A DNA stretch of 64,000 nt from Bacteroidota bacterium (GCA_013361065.1 JABWAK010000003.1:140-64139); one strand, 5' to 3'. Counted from the stretch's first letter, positions 1 through 7,925 are shown. The notes: generated by a model from the sequence alone, not told the origin. A program made the numbers and translations.

Positions 1-519
1 GTGCAGTTCGTCTGCAAGCCGCTCGGCACGCCGTCCATCCCGACCGCGGACCGGAGTGGGTTGGTCGCATTCCAGAACAAAGGTGCGGAGCTGCAGCGGG
101 TGGTCTATGCTACCAATAACTATGTGAACGACCTTCGCTCCAAACTGACGGCGGTCAAGGCGGCGCTGATGCAGTCCCGCGCAGCGACCGGCACACTCGC
201 CGCGCAGGTGCGTCAGCTCGACGCGCGCCTGCTGGCAGTGAAGCGTGCGTTCAGCGGGGACGAGGTCCTGGCGCGCCGCGGCGAGAGTCCGTCGCCCGGC
301 ATCCTGGCGCGGCTCAACTCCATGACCGAGAGTTTCTATTCGTCCACCGCCGATGTGACCGAAACGCAGAAGAAAGCGTACCGCATCGCCTCCGAAGAAT
401 TCGGAGTGCAGTATGCGGAAGTGAAGACCATCGCGGAGAAGGAACTCCCGTCGCTCTACCAGCAGCTGGAACAGCTCGGTGCGCCGGTCATCCCCGGGCG
501 ATTGCCGGAATGGAAATGA
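1..519 (+). CDS. 3-prime end (172 codons) of a gene truncated by the window edge; helical C-terminal region of a large, probably secreted protein
   Basis: Frame is open from nt 1 to TGA 517-519 with backbone-like GC and codon usage. The tail ...LGAPVIPGRLPEWK resembles, from memory only, the conserved C-terminus of BNR/sortilin-VPS10-repeat proteins often annotated as glycosyl hydrolase. Confidence 0.5.
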   Translation: MQFVCKPLGTPSIPTADRSGLVAFQNKGAELQRVVYATNNYVNDLRSKLTAVKAALMQSRAATGTLAAQVRQLDARLLAVKRAFSGDEVLARRGESPSPGILARLNSMTESFYSSTADVTETQKKAYRIASEEFGVQYAEVKTIAEKELPSLYQQLEQLGAPVIPGRLPEWK

Positions 520-527
520 AAAGGCAA

Positions 528-690
528 TGAAGAATGATGAATGTAGAATGATGATTGTGACAAGGTCGATGCGCAAGGATAGCAGAAGAGCTGTCCCGCA
601 GATCTCGCAGAACTACGCAGAAAGAAAGAAGAAGAGCAATGATGAACGAGGAATGATGAATGAAGAATGGGCCAAGGTCGATGCGCAGGA
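528..690. repeat. Two copies of a ~45-bp direct repeat (gaatgatgaatg-type tract followed by caaggtcgatgcgca)
   Basis: The exact 15-mer caaggtcgatgcgca occurs at 561-575 and 673-687. Each copy is preceded by (g)aatga(t/a)ga tracts (528-560 and 648-670). Confidence 0.7.
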
Positions 691-733
691 AAGAATGCAA
701 CAACAGGCATAACCAAACATGATCCAAGAATCT

Positions 734-853
734 TGAAGCCCCGGGATTCATCCCTGGGTATCGAAATAATACCAGCACCCATCAGCCACGGGGTATCAAG
801 AGAACACCAGCCTCGCTATGCCCAGGGATTCATCTCGGGGTATCAAGAAAACA
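734..853. repeat. Tandem 81-82-bp repeat, locus A: one full unit plus an internally deleted unit
   Basis: Positions 734-835 are about 97% identical to 1066-1166. The marker gggattcatc recurs at 743 and 825 (period 82). The second unit lacks the segment between two catc motifs when compared with the unit at 1151-1231. Confidence 0.85.
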
Positions 854-906
854 ATGATCAAAAGCAATCACCGCAGAGCCTGCAAAGCACGCAGAGAAAC
901 GGTGTA

Positions 907-927
907 GGTCGAAGCGATGCTTCGACC
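907..927. repeat. Perfect 9-bp stem hairpin (ggtcgaagc-gat-gcttcgacc)
   Basis: Arms at 907-915 and 919-927 are exact reverse complements with a 3-nt loop. Confidence 0.8.
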
Positions 928-1015
928 AATATGTAAGAAGGGATGATATCCCGTCCACCCTAAAGGACCACAAAAGCACAAAAGAGAATTAAAAGAGTTT
1001 ACAAATTCGTATGTT

Positions 1016-1037
1016 GACCGAATCTCCAGATTCGGTC
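1016..1037. repeat. Perfect 9-bp stem hairpin (gaccgaatc-tcca-gattcggtc)
   Basis: Arms at 1016-1024 and 1029-1037 are exact reverse complements. A further 7-bp palindrome, taaccgt-c-acggtta, lies at 1049-1063. Confidence 0.8.
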
Positions 1038-1065
1038 CTCAAAGACAGTAACCGTCACGGTTACA

Positions 1066-1262
1066 TGAAGCCCCGGGATTCATCCCTGGGTATCGAAATA
1101 ATACCAGCACCCATCAGCCACGGGGTATCAAGAGAACACCAACCTCGCAATGCCCGGGATTCATCCCTGGGTATCGAAATAGCACCAGCACCCAGCAGCA
1201 TCGGGGTATCAAGAAAACACCAACCTCGCAACGCCCAGGGATTCATCCCGGAGTATGAAGAA
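1066..1262. repeat. Tandem 81-82-bp repeat, locus B: two full units plus a partial third
   Basis: gggattcatccc starts at 1075, 1156 and 1238 (periods 81 and 82). The units share gcccgggattcatccctgggtatcgaaata..accagcaccca..agc..cggggtatcaaga.aacaccaacctcgcaa. Confidence 0.9.
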
Positions 1263-1283
1263 TGCCTCCGGTAGACGCGGGAC

Positions 1284-1327
1284 GGTGACTGTCACCAGCA
1301 GAGAAGTTTTTATTGGTGACAGTCACC
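1284..1327. repeat. Pair of 13-bp palindromes (ggtgacTgtcacc / ggtgacAgtcacc) that are reverse complements of each other, 18 nt apart
   Basis: Read directly at 1284-1296 and 1315-1327, about 135 nt upstream of the CDS starting at 1461. Confidence 0.85.
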
Positions 1328-1460
1328 ATCTTATTTTAAATCCGCCCTCCCGGTCCGAAATGACCTCAAACGCCAATATTATTTTCTGGCAATCGGGGTT
1401 TTTCCTCTGTATGTTGGGGATGATCAGTGTTGTCATCTTCCCAACTATCCGGAGGGCATC

Positions 1461-2798
1461 ATGCAGCGTCACACGTTCCGCTCCTCACTCGTCCTTTCAC
1501 TCCTTCTCGTTTCCATCTCGCTTGCGCAGGAGGTCTCTCTCAACGATTTCCGCATCCGCGAATCCCGGTACCAGCGGTGGGATATCTCCGGGAGCGGTTC
1601 GATGTATGTGCAGACCGCCGGGAGCGGTTCTTCCACCAATTGGGGTGATGACGGGCGGCTGAATCTCAGTACGAGCTTCAGCAGGGTGTTCAATAGTGAG
1701 GATGAATTCTATCAGTTGTATGCAACATATGGATCAACTCTCTCAAAGGATTTCAACGGCTCACAATATTCATGGGATACTTCCCGGACTGTGTATCGTT
1801 CAGAATATCTCTCCGGTTTTACATCTGTCCTGTATGGGAAATACATCATCCCTGATGCATGGTACATGCATGTCGGGGGAAGTTTCCAGGGAATGAACGA
1901 GCTCACACGGTATGAAAGCCATCGTACCTCCGGGCCTCCGTCAATGTCGTTTAATAAGACAAGAATCGTGAATTCTTATCTGACCGGCGGTGTCGGGTAT
2001 GGCAAGATTCGGGATGCACGGGCGGTGATCGTTATCGTCCGCATCCTGGAGAATCTTTCGGAAGAAGGGGTCCTCGTCCGTCCGCTGAGCAATGATGAGA
2101 TCATTGCCATGGCAGAACAATATCATGCAAATCAGACAACCTCCGGTCAGTACGAACGGAAGACGAAGCACCTGATCGGTGCGATCATCAGCGACCTGTT
2201 GGATAAAGGACTCATCACCGCACAGCAGTCCATCGGATATGTGACCGGCAGGAGTATCGAAGTGTTCTCGGAGCAAATGTATTTTCGTCCGATCGGGTGG
2301 ACGGTGCAGACGGGTCCTTTGTTTGATTTCGATGAGTACCGGTCTTCATCGAGCAATTCTTCCTCTAACTATTCGAGGTTTCCCGATCACCGATGGAGAG
2401 TGTCTGCTGAATATGGCTCTGCGCTGACCCAATTCCTGCATTTCTCATCAAGGGCAACCGTCGATCTGCCGGTGCTCTCATGGCAGCGTCAACTGGAAGC
2501 AAGTATCAGTGCAGCACTGACCCATGAGATCGGGGAGCGGTCATCGGCATCGCTGTCGTTGTCGTGGAGCAAATATGAATCGGTCGGGGATATAGATGAT
2601 CCCGGGAGAAGCCATTCTAATCGTCACAATCTTTACATCGCCGCGGAGTATATATACTTCTTGGAAGATAATCTTTCGTTCAATATCGGAGTGAACTATA
2701 CGGACTATCGGTCGATCGCTCAGCAATTGATACTGACAACACGGGGTGTCCAGAATACCGGGATGGTGAATTTCAACATCGTGTATCGTCTAGATTGA
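1461..2798 (+). CDS. Hypothetical outer-membrane beta-barrel-like protein with signal peptide
   Basis: GGAGGG Shine-Dalgarno sequence 5 nt upstream of the ATG. N-terminus MQRHTFRSSLVLSLLLVSISLAQE looks like a signal peptide. Composition is rich in Tyr/Ser/Gly/Asn with alternating hydrophobic residues near the C-terminus (...GMVNFNIVYRLD). No family recognised. Confidence 0.6.
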   Translation: MQRHTFRSSLVLSLLLVSISLAQEVSLNDFRIRESRYQRWDISGSGSMYVQTAGSGSSTNWGDDGRLNLSTSFSRVFNSEDEFYQLYATYGSTLSKDFNGSQYSWDTSRTVYRSEYLSGFTSVLYGKYIIPDAWYMHVGGSFQGMNELTRYESHRTSGPPSMSFNKTRIVNSYLTGGVGYGKIRDARAVIVIVRILENLSEEGVLVRPLSNDEIIAMAEQYHANQTTSGQYERKTKHLIGAIISDLLDKGLITAQQSIGYVTGRSIEVFSEQMYFRPIGWTVQTGPLFDFDEYRSSSSNSSSNYSRFPDHRWRVSAEYGSALTQFLHFSSRATVDLPVLSWQRQLEASISAALTHEIGERSSASLSLSWSKYESVGDIDDPGRSHSNRHNLYIAAEYIYFLEDNLSFNIGVNYTDYRSIAQQLILTTRGVQNTGMVNFNIVYRLD

Positions 2799-3055
2799 CG
2801 AATATCCTTTGTCGATGATCTTCTCTCTCTGCAGCATGCCTTGTCCCGGTTCTGAAGACGATCCCTCAGTCCTAGACGAGGCATGCTGACATCCGGAGCA
2901 TCCCTTCGCGTACGAATTCCACCGGATTCTGCCATAAATCAGTGAAAATTCCAGTTTTTTCCCCGCCGAAAAAATCGTATCTTTTCGCACAAAAATGAAT
3001 CTATGAACATCCTCCGGTTGCTCTGCAGCGGAGGACATCGTGCGTAAGGAGTCCT

Positions 3056-4609
3056 ATGCCTGCCATCTTCAAGAACGAACCATTCACCGACTTCTCCAAA
3101 CCGGCCAACAAGAAAGCGATGCAGAAGGCGCTCACCAAGGTGCGCGCCGAGCTGGGACGCGAACATCCGATCGTGATCGGCGGCGAGAAGATCATGATGC
3201 CGGAGAAACTCTTCTCCTACAATCCCGCCAAACCGGGAGAGGTGATCGGTATCTTCCAGAAAGCGAATGTGGACCTGGCGAACCGCGCGGTGGAAGCCGC
3301 CGCTGCCGCCTTTGAATCCTGGAAGAATGTCCCTGCGAAGAAACGGGCCGAGTACCTGTTCAAAGCCGCCGCGCTGATGCGCAAGCGCAAATTCGATTTC
3401 TGCGCTCTGCTCACATATGAAGTGGGGAAATCGTGGGCCGAAGCGGATGCCGATACTGCCGAAGCGATCGACTTCCTGGAGTTCTACGGACGCGAGATGC
3501 TCCGCCTTGCCAAGCCGCAGCCGCTCACCAAGATCAAAGAGGAGAAGAACGAACTCCGCTACATCCCGCTCGGCGTCGGTGTCTGCGTTCCGCCGTGGAA
3601 CTTCGCGCTGGCGATCCTTGCCGGTATGGCCACCGCAGCCGTGGTCGCCGGGAACACCGTCGTGCTGAAGCCCTCCTCCGATTCCCCCGCTATCGGCTAC
3701 AAGTTCTTCGAACTGATGAACGAGGTCGGTCTGCCGAAGGGAGTCATCAATTTCATCACCGGACCGGGCGGTTCCGTCGGCGATACGATGGTCGCACACC
3801 CGAAGACCCGCTTCATTTCCTTCACCGGCTCCAAAGAGGTCGGCATCCACATCAACGAGCTTGCGGCGAAAGTGGTGCCGGGACAGATCTGGCTGAAACG
3901 CGTCGTGGCCGAGATGGGCGGGAAGGATTCCATCGTCATCGACAGTGAGACCGATCTGGATGCAGCGGCCGCAGCGACCGTGGCGTCCGCGTTCGGCTTC
4001 CAGGGACAGAAATGCTCCGCCGCATCGCGCGCCATCGTTGTCGCCTCCGTCTACGACAAGTTCGTGGAGAAGGTCGCCGAGCGGACGAAGAAACTCGTGG
4101 TCGGCGCGCCGGAGGATGCCGGAACATATATGGGTCCGGTGATCAACAAGGGCTCCATGGAGAAGATCATGGGATACATCGCCACGGCGGTGAAGGAAGG
4201 GGGCCGCATCGTGGCCGGCGGGAAACATGTGGGCGACGAGGGGTATTTCGTGGAACCGACCGTGATCGCCGATGTGGAACCGATGTCGACCATCGCACAG
4301 GAGGAGATCTTCGGTCCCGTGCTCGGCATCATCAAAGCGAAGGATTTCGATCACGCGATGGAGATCGCCAACAACACCGAGTTCGGTCTGACCGGCGGTG
4401 TCTGGACGAAGAACAAGAAGAAGCAGGAACGGGCCAAGAACGAGTTTCACGCCGGCAACTTCTACATCAACCGGAAGATCACCGGCGCGCTCGTCGGTGT
4501 GCATCCCTTCGGCGGATTCAATATGAGCGGCACCGATTCCAAAGCGGGCGGACGCGACTATCTGCTCCTCTTCACGCAGGCGAAACTGATCTCGCAGAAA
4601 ATAAAATAA
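3056..4609 (+). CDS. pruA: L-glutamate gamma-semialdehyde (1-pyrroline-5-carboxylate) dehydrogenase
   Basis: 517 aa with an AAGGAG Shine-Dalgarno sequence. Aldehyde dehydrogenase motifs present (FTGS, EMGGKD, GQKCSA catalytic Cys). N-terminus MPAIFKNEPFTDFS and the length are typical of RocA/PruA-type P5CDH. Confidence 0.9.
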   Translation: MPAIFKNEPFTDFSKPANKKAMQKALTKVRAELGREHPIVIGGEKIMMPEKLFSYNPAKPGEVIGIFQKANVDLANRAVEAAAAAFESWKNVPAKKRAEYLFKAAALMRKRKFDFCALLTYEVGKSWAEADADTAEAIDFLEFYGREMLRLAKPQPLTKIKEEKNELRYIPLGVGVCVPPWNFALAILAGMATAAVVAGNTVVLKPSSDSPAIGYKFFELMNEVGLPKGVINFITGPGGSVGDTMVAHPKTRFISFTGSKEVGIHINELAAKVVPGQIWLKRVVAEMGGKDSIVIDSETDLDAAAAATVASAFGFQGQKCSAASRAIVVASVYDKFVEKVAERTKKLVVGAPEDAGTYMGPVINKGSMEKIMGYIATAVKEGGRIVAGGKHVGDEGYFVEPTVIADVEPMSTIAQEEIFGPVLGIIKAKDFDHAMEIANNTEFGLTGGVWTKNKKKQERAKNEFHAGNFYINRKITGALVGVHPFGGFNMSGTDSKAGGRDYLLLFTQAKLISQKIK

Positions 4610-4653
4610 CGCAGTGGTACTCCATATATGATCCAAAACTTGATAGGTTGATT

Positions 4654-5763
4654 ATGCCAGAAGAGGAAGTGTTAAAAGAAGAGCTTGAAGATGTGACTCA
4701 AGTAGAAGATGAAACTGAAAAGGATGTTTCTGAAAGCAAAATAGTCTATAACATTACTTCTTACGGTTCGGACCCTGAAGTTGAAGGACTCGTTCAAAAA
4801 TTAAGAAAAGGTGATATTGTGATACCAGCTTTTCAAAGAGCTTTTGTGTGGAAAGAAGAAGATGCTTCTAGTTTTATCGAATCACTTATTTTAGGTCTTC
4901 CAGTTCCGGGTATTTTCCTTGCGACCGAACAGAAAACCAATAGAATGTTGGTAATTGATGGACAACAGAGATTGAAATCTTTACTGTTCTTTTATGAAGG
5001 GTATTTTGACCCGAAAAAAGAGGAAAAGAAACAAAAAGTATTTAAGTTGGTTAATGTACAGCCTCAACTGGAAGGTAAAACATATCAAACATTAGAGGAA
5101 AAAGATAAAAGGCGATTGGATAACTCAATTATTCATGCGACAATTATCAAACAGGAATCCCCCAAAGATGGAGATACAAGTATTTATCATATTTTTCACA
5201 GGTTAAATGCTGGCGGAATGATTTTAAAACCCCAAGAAATACGTAGAGCGGCGTTTCATGGTGCCTTTTTGGATGTGATTTCTGCACTAAATGATTATCA
5301 TAATTGGAGAAAAATATTTGGGAAAAAGAATCGTAGGTTGAAAGACGAAGAATTAATACTTCGATTCTTCGCTCTCTATTTTGATATCGATAGTTATCAG
5401 AAGCCTATGGAAGAATATCTAAATACATTTTGTTCAAAGAAATCAAAGGCTGAATCACAATTTTTTAAAGAGTGCGAATTATTATTTACATCATCTATCG
5501 ATGTATTTTTCGATGCGGTAGGTGATAGAGCGTTTAAACCAAAACGAGTGATAAATGCTGCAGTGTTTGATTCAATGATGGTTGGATTGGCTTCGCGATT
5601 AGCTAAATCTTCGCTTACAGATATAGATGGATTTAGAAATGCATATATTGGTTTAATAGATAATCCAGAGTATCAAAAATATACTACGGATGGGACATCA
5701 GATGTTGCAACAGTCGCGTCAAGAATTAATATGACAAAAGCGGCATTTAGTTCCATCAAATGA
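4654..5763 (+). CDS. DUF262 (ParB-like / GmrSD N-terminal type) domain protein, 369 aa, with no recognisable DUF1524/HNH nuclease domain
   Basis: First ATG after the pruA stop, in the frame of track ORF 4012..5763. Motifs IPAFQRAFVW, DGQQR (4957-4971) and FHRLNAGGMILKPQE are present. 13 of the first 30 residues are D/E. Confidence 0.8.
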   Translation: MPEEEVLKEELEDVTQVEDETEKDVSESKIVYNITSYGSDPEVEGLVQKLRKGDIVIPAFQRAFVWKEEDASSFIESLILGLPVPGIFLATEQKTNRMLVIDGQQRLKSLLFFYEGYFDPKKEEKKQKVFKLVNVQPQLEGKTYQTLEEKDKRRLDNSIIHATIIKQESPKDGDTSIYHIFHRLNAGGMILKPQEIRRAAFHGAFLDVISALNDYHNWRKIFGKKNRRLKDEELILRFFALYFDIDSYQKPMEEYLNTFCSKKSKAESQFFKECELLFTSSIDVFFDAVGDRAFKPKRVINAAVFDSMMVGLASRLAKSSLTDIDGFRNAYIGLIDNPEYQKYTTDGTSDVATVASRINMTKAAFSSIK

Positions 5764-6230
5764 AAAACATTGAACTAGTAAAACAGATTCAACGGATAAA
5801 AGATCTAATCGATAAAACATCGGATGCATCCGCTGATAGCTTGGAACTTCAATCACATTGGGCTAAGTATCTTTGTGTTCTATGTTCGGGTCTATTAGAA
5901 AATTCCATTCCAGAATTGTATGGTGAATACGTAAAAAAGAAATCAAACCAAGAGATAAATCATTTTGTTGTTAGCAACCTAGAAAAATATTTAAATCCTA
6001 AAACAGGAAGGTTCATTGAAGTATCGAATGCATTTAATAAAGATTGGGGTAGAGAACTAGAACTCTTTGTAGATCAAGATGGTCGTAGAGAGGCAATTGA
6101 CGCAATTATCGCAAATAGGCATAAAATTGCACACGGTGAAGATTCTGGTATTACGGTTGTAAAAATAAAGGAATATCTTAAAAGAATTATCGAAGTTCTT
6201 AATTTTATCGAGACCCAAACAAAGAGGTAG
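5760..6230 (+). CDS. Small HEPN-domain protein (Rx4H motif), resembling the MAE_28990/MAE_18760-type HEPN family
   Basis: 156 aa. The ATG overlaps the upstream stop (ATGA, 5760-5763). [13 protein letters not shown] carries R120-x4-H125 (6117-6134). The family name is recalled from memory and not verified. Confidence 0.7.
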   Translation: MKNIELVKQIQRIKDLIDKTSDASADSLELQSHWAKYLCVLCSGLLENSIPELYGEYVKKKSNQEINHFVVSNLEKYLNPKTGRFIEVSNAFNKDWGRELELFVDQDGRREAIDAIIANRHKIAHGEDSGITVVKIKEYLKRIIEVLNFIETQTKR

Positions 6231-6235
6231 TTACT

Positions 6236-7399
6236 ATGAAGATCCACGAATATCAAGGCAAAGACATCCTCCGGAAATTCAACGTTCCCGTGCCGCGCGG
6301 TGAAGTGGCGTTCTCGGTGGACGATGCGGTGAATGCCGCGAAGCGGCTCGGCGGCAGCGTCTGGGTGGTGAAGGCGCAGATCCACGCCGGCGGTCGCGGA
6401 AAAGGGGGCGGAGTGAAAGTGGCGAAGAGTCTGGACGAAGTGAAACAGTACGCGAAACAGATTCTCGGCATGACGCTCGTGACCCATCAGACCGGTCCGG
6501 AAGGCCGTCTCGTGAAACGCCTGCTGATCGAAGAAGGGGCGAACATCGACAAGGAATTCTACGTCGGTATCACTTTGGACCGCGCCCAGTCCAAGAACGT
6601 GATGATGGTCTCCACCGAAGGGGGTATGGAGATCGAGAAGGTGGCGGAGGAGCATCCGGAGAAGATCGTGAAAGAGACGATCGAACCGTCCGTCGGATTC
6701 CAGCAGTTCCAGGCGCGCAAGCTCGCCTTCGCGCTCGGCCTGACCGGCGATGCGTTCAAGAACGGCGTGAAATTCCTGCTCTCCCTCTATAAGGCGTATG
6801 AAGCGACCGATGCATCGCTGTTCGAGATCAATCCGCTCGTGGTGACCAAAGAGGGGAATGTGGTCGCGCTGGATGCTAAAGTGAACTTCGACGACAACGC
6901 ACTCTACCGCCATCCGGAATTCGCCGAACTGCGCGATCTGGACGAGGAAGAGCCGCTGGAGATCGAAGCATCCAAGAGCAACCTGAACTATATCAAGCTG
7001 GACGGCAACGTCGGCTGCATGGTGAACGGCGCCGGTCTGGCGATGGCCACCATGGACATCATCAAGCTTGCCGGCGGTGAACCGGCCAACTTCCTGGATG
7101 TGGGCGGCGGAGCGAATGCCACCACCGTGGCGAACGGCTTCAAGATCATCCTGTCCGACAAGAACGTGAAAGCGATCCTCATCAACATCTTCGGCGGTAT
7201 CGTCCGGTGCGACCGTGTGGCGAACGGCGTGGTGGAAGCGGCCAAGGCGGTCCATGTGCAGGTGCCGATCGTCATCCGTCTTGCCGGCACCAATGCCGAT
7301 ATCGCGGCGGACATCCTCCGGAACTCCGGCATGAGCTTCCTCGTCGCCGAGAACCTGAAGGATGCTGCGGACAAGGTGACCAAGGCGCTGGCTGCGTAA
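6236..7399 (+). CDS. sucC: Succinate--CoA ligase (ADP-forming) beta subunit
   Basis: 387 aa. [22 protein letters not shown]..., [15 protein letters not shown] and a C-terminal CoA-ligase domain ([11 protein letters not shown]). Confidence 0.95.
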   Translation: MKIHEYQGKDILRKFNVPVPRGEVAFSVDDAVNAAKRLGGSVWVVKAQIHAGGRGKGGGVKVAKSLDEVKQYAKQILGMTLVTHQTGPEGRLVKRLLIEEGANIDKEFYVGITLDRAQSKNVMMVSTEGGMEIEKVAEEHPEKIVKETIEPSVGFQQFQARKLAFALGLTGDAFKNGVKFLLSLYKAYEATDASLFEINPLVVTKEGNVVALDAKVNFDDNALYRHPEFAELRDLDEEEPLEIEASKSNLNYIKLDGNVGCMVNGAGLAMATMDIIKLAGGEPANFLDVGGGANATTVANGFKIILSDKNVKAILINIFGGIVRCDRVANGVVEAAKAVHVQVPIVIRLAGTNADIAADILRNSGMSFLVAENLKDAADKVTKALAA

Positions 7400-7419
7400 A
7401 CGAACCAACGGGAGGACGG

Positions 7420-7611
7420 ATGAAAGGGATCGAATACGTCGTAGACAGTAAAGGTCGGAAGAAAGCAGTTGTCGTGGATCTGAAAGTCCACGGCGATGCT
7501 TGGGAAGATTTCTATGACTCTCTCACTGCACGGATGCGTGCCAATGAACCGCGTGAATCGTATGCATCTGTCCGCGCAAAGTTAAAATCGAAAGGGAAAG
7601 TCCGTGCGTGA
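7420..7611 (+). CDS. Putative type II antitoxin (63 aa) paired with a RelE/ParE toxin
   Basis: GGAGG Shine-Dalgarno sequence, small size, and its stop overlaps the toxin GTG start. The call rests on position and size; the antitoxin family was not recognised. Confidence 0.55.
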   Translation: MKGIEYVVDSKGRKKAVVVDLKVHGDAWEDFYDSLTARMRANEPRESYASVRAKLKSKGKVRA

Positions 7612-7864
7612 GTACGGACTTCTTTTTACTCGTTCTGCCAGGAAAGAATTGGAGCAAATTCCTGACTCTGCCTGTGAACGCATCCTTTCTGCAGTAGAAT
7701 CGTTGTCACAACATCCGTTCCCCTCCGGTTGTAAGAAGCTGAGAGGGGAACGTCATTTGTGGCGCATTCGTGTCGGTGATTACCGGATCGTTTATTCCGT
7801 TCTTTCCGACCAATTGATCATCGAGATCATCAGAATACGGCATCGGAAAGAGGTGTATCAATAG
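7604..7864 (+). CDS. RelE/ParE family type II toxin
   Basis: 86 aa with a GTG start at 7604. ...KKLRGERHLWRIRVGDYRIVYSVLSDQLIIEIIRIRHRKEVY is the typical RelE/ParE (plasmid stabilisation) core. About 45% GC in a sampled line. Confidence 0.85.
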   Translation: MREYGLLFTRSARKELEQIPDSACERILSAVESLSQHPFPSGCKKLRGERHLWRIRVGDYRIVYSVLSDQLIIEIIRIRHRKEVYQ

Positions 7865-7887
7865 TCAAGTATGCTGTTGTTCCAATA

Positions 7888-7925
7888 ATTCCCCGTCGGT
7901 TCATCCCGTACGGGGAATTTTTTTG
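7888..7925 (+). terminator. Rho-independent terminator after the RelE/ParE gene
   Basis: attccccgt (7888-7896) pairs with acggggaat (7910-7918) and is followed by a run of T to 7925. Confidence 0.7.

Larger units (their letters stand above)
4610..6235 (+). other. Low-GC two-gene genomic islet inserted between pruA and sucC
   Basis: Hand-counted 60-nt lines: 37% GC (4681-4740), 33% (5041-5100) and 45% (5821-5880), against 60% (4501-4560) and 67% (6301-6360) in the flanks. Codon usage switches to A/T-ending codons. No mobility genes present. Confidence 0.8.

Noticed and set aside
734-1262. Tandem 81-82-bp repeats considered as a CRISPR array
   Set aside because: The units are directly abutting with no unique spacers. 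The unit length is far above CRISPR repeat size, and no cas genes are present in the window.
667-1274. ORFs 667..936 and 1011..1274 reading the repeats as a 27-aa peptide repeat (PRDSSLGIEIIPAPISHGVSREHQPR)
   Set aside because: The ORFs are short with no Shine-Dalgarno sequence. The 82-bp variants break the frame, and the opposite strand is equally open (1061..1246). Openness probably reflects repeat composition. Coding cannot be fully excluded without expression data.
2939-4636. 565-aa minus-strand ORF antisense to pruA. Similar long antisense ORFs occur at 6074-7408, 9143-10420, 12487-13761, 28035-30002 and 31218-33359.
   Set aside because: These are typical high-GC shadow ORFs. They are Arg/His/Gly/Asp/Leu-rich with no recognisable motifs, and each lies exactly opposite a gene with strong family signatures.
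4012-4653. N-terminal 214 codons of the track ORF 4012..5763 (583 aa)
   Set aside because: This part overlaps pruA in another frame, has high-GC, Arg-rich nonsense-like composition, and ends where the GC drops. The DUF262 gene most plausibly starts at the first ATG after the pruA stop (4654).
4596-6240. Flanking direct repeats or att-like sites for the low-GC islet
   Set aside because: Only a weak resemblance was seen (gtggtact at the left junction, gtagttact at the right). It is too short and imperfect to call a target-site duplication.
6236-7399. sucC without an adjacent sucD, considered as evidence of operon disruption by the flanking insertions
   Set aside because: I believe unlinked sucC and sucD genes occur in several lineages, and one window cannot distinguish ancestral separation from disruption. 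This is noted only as context.
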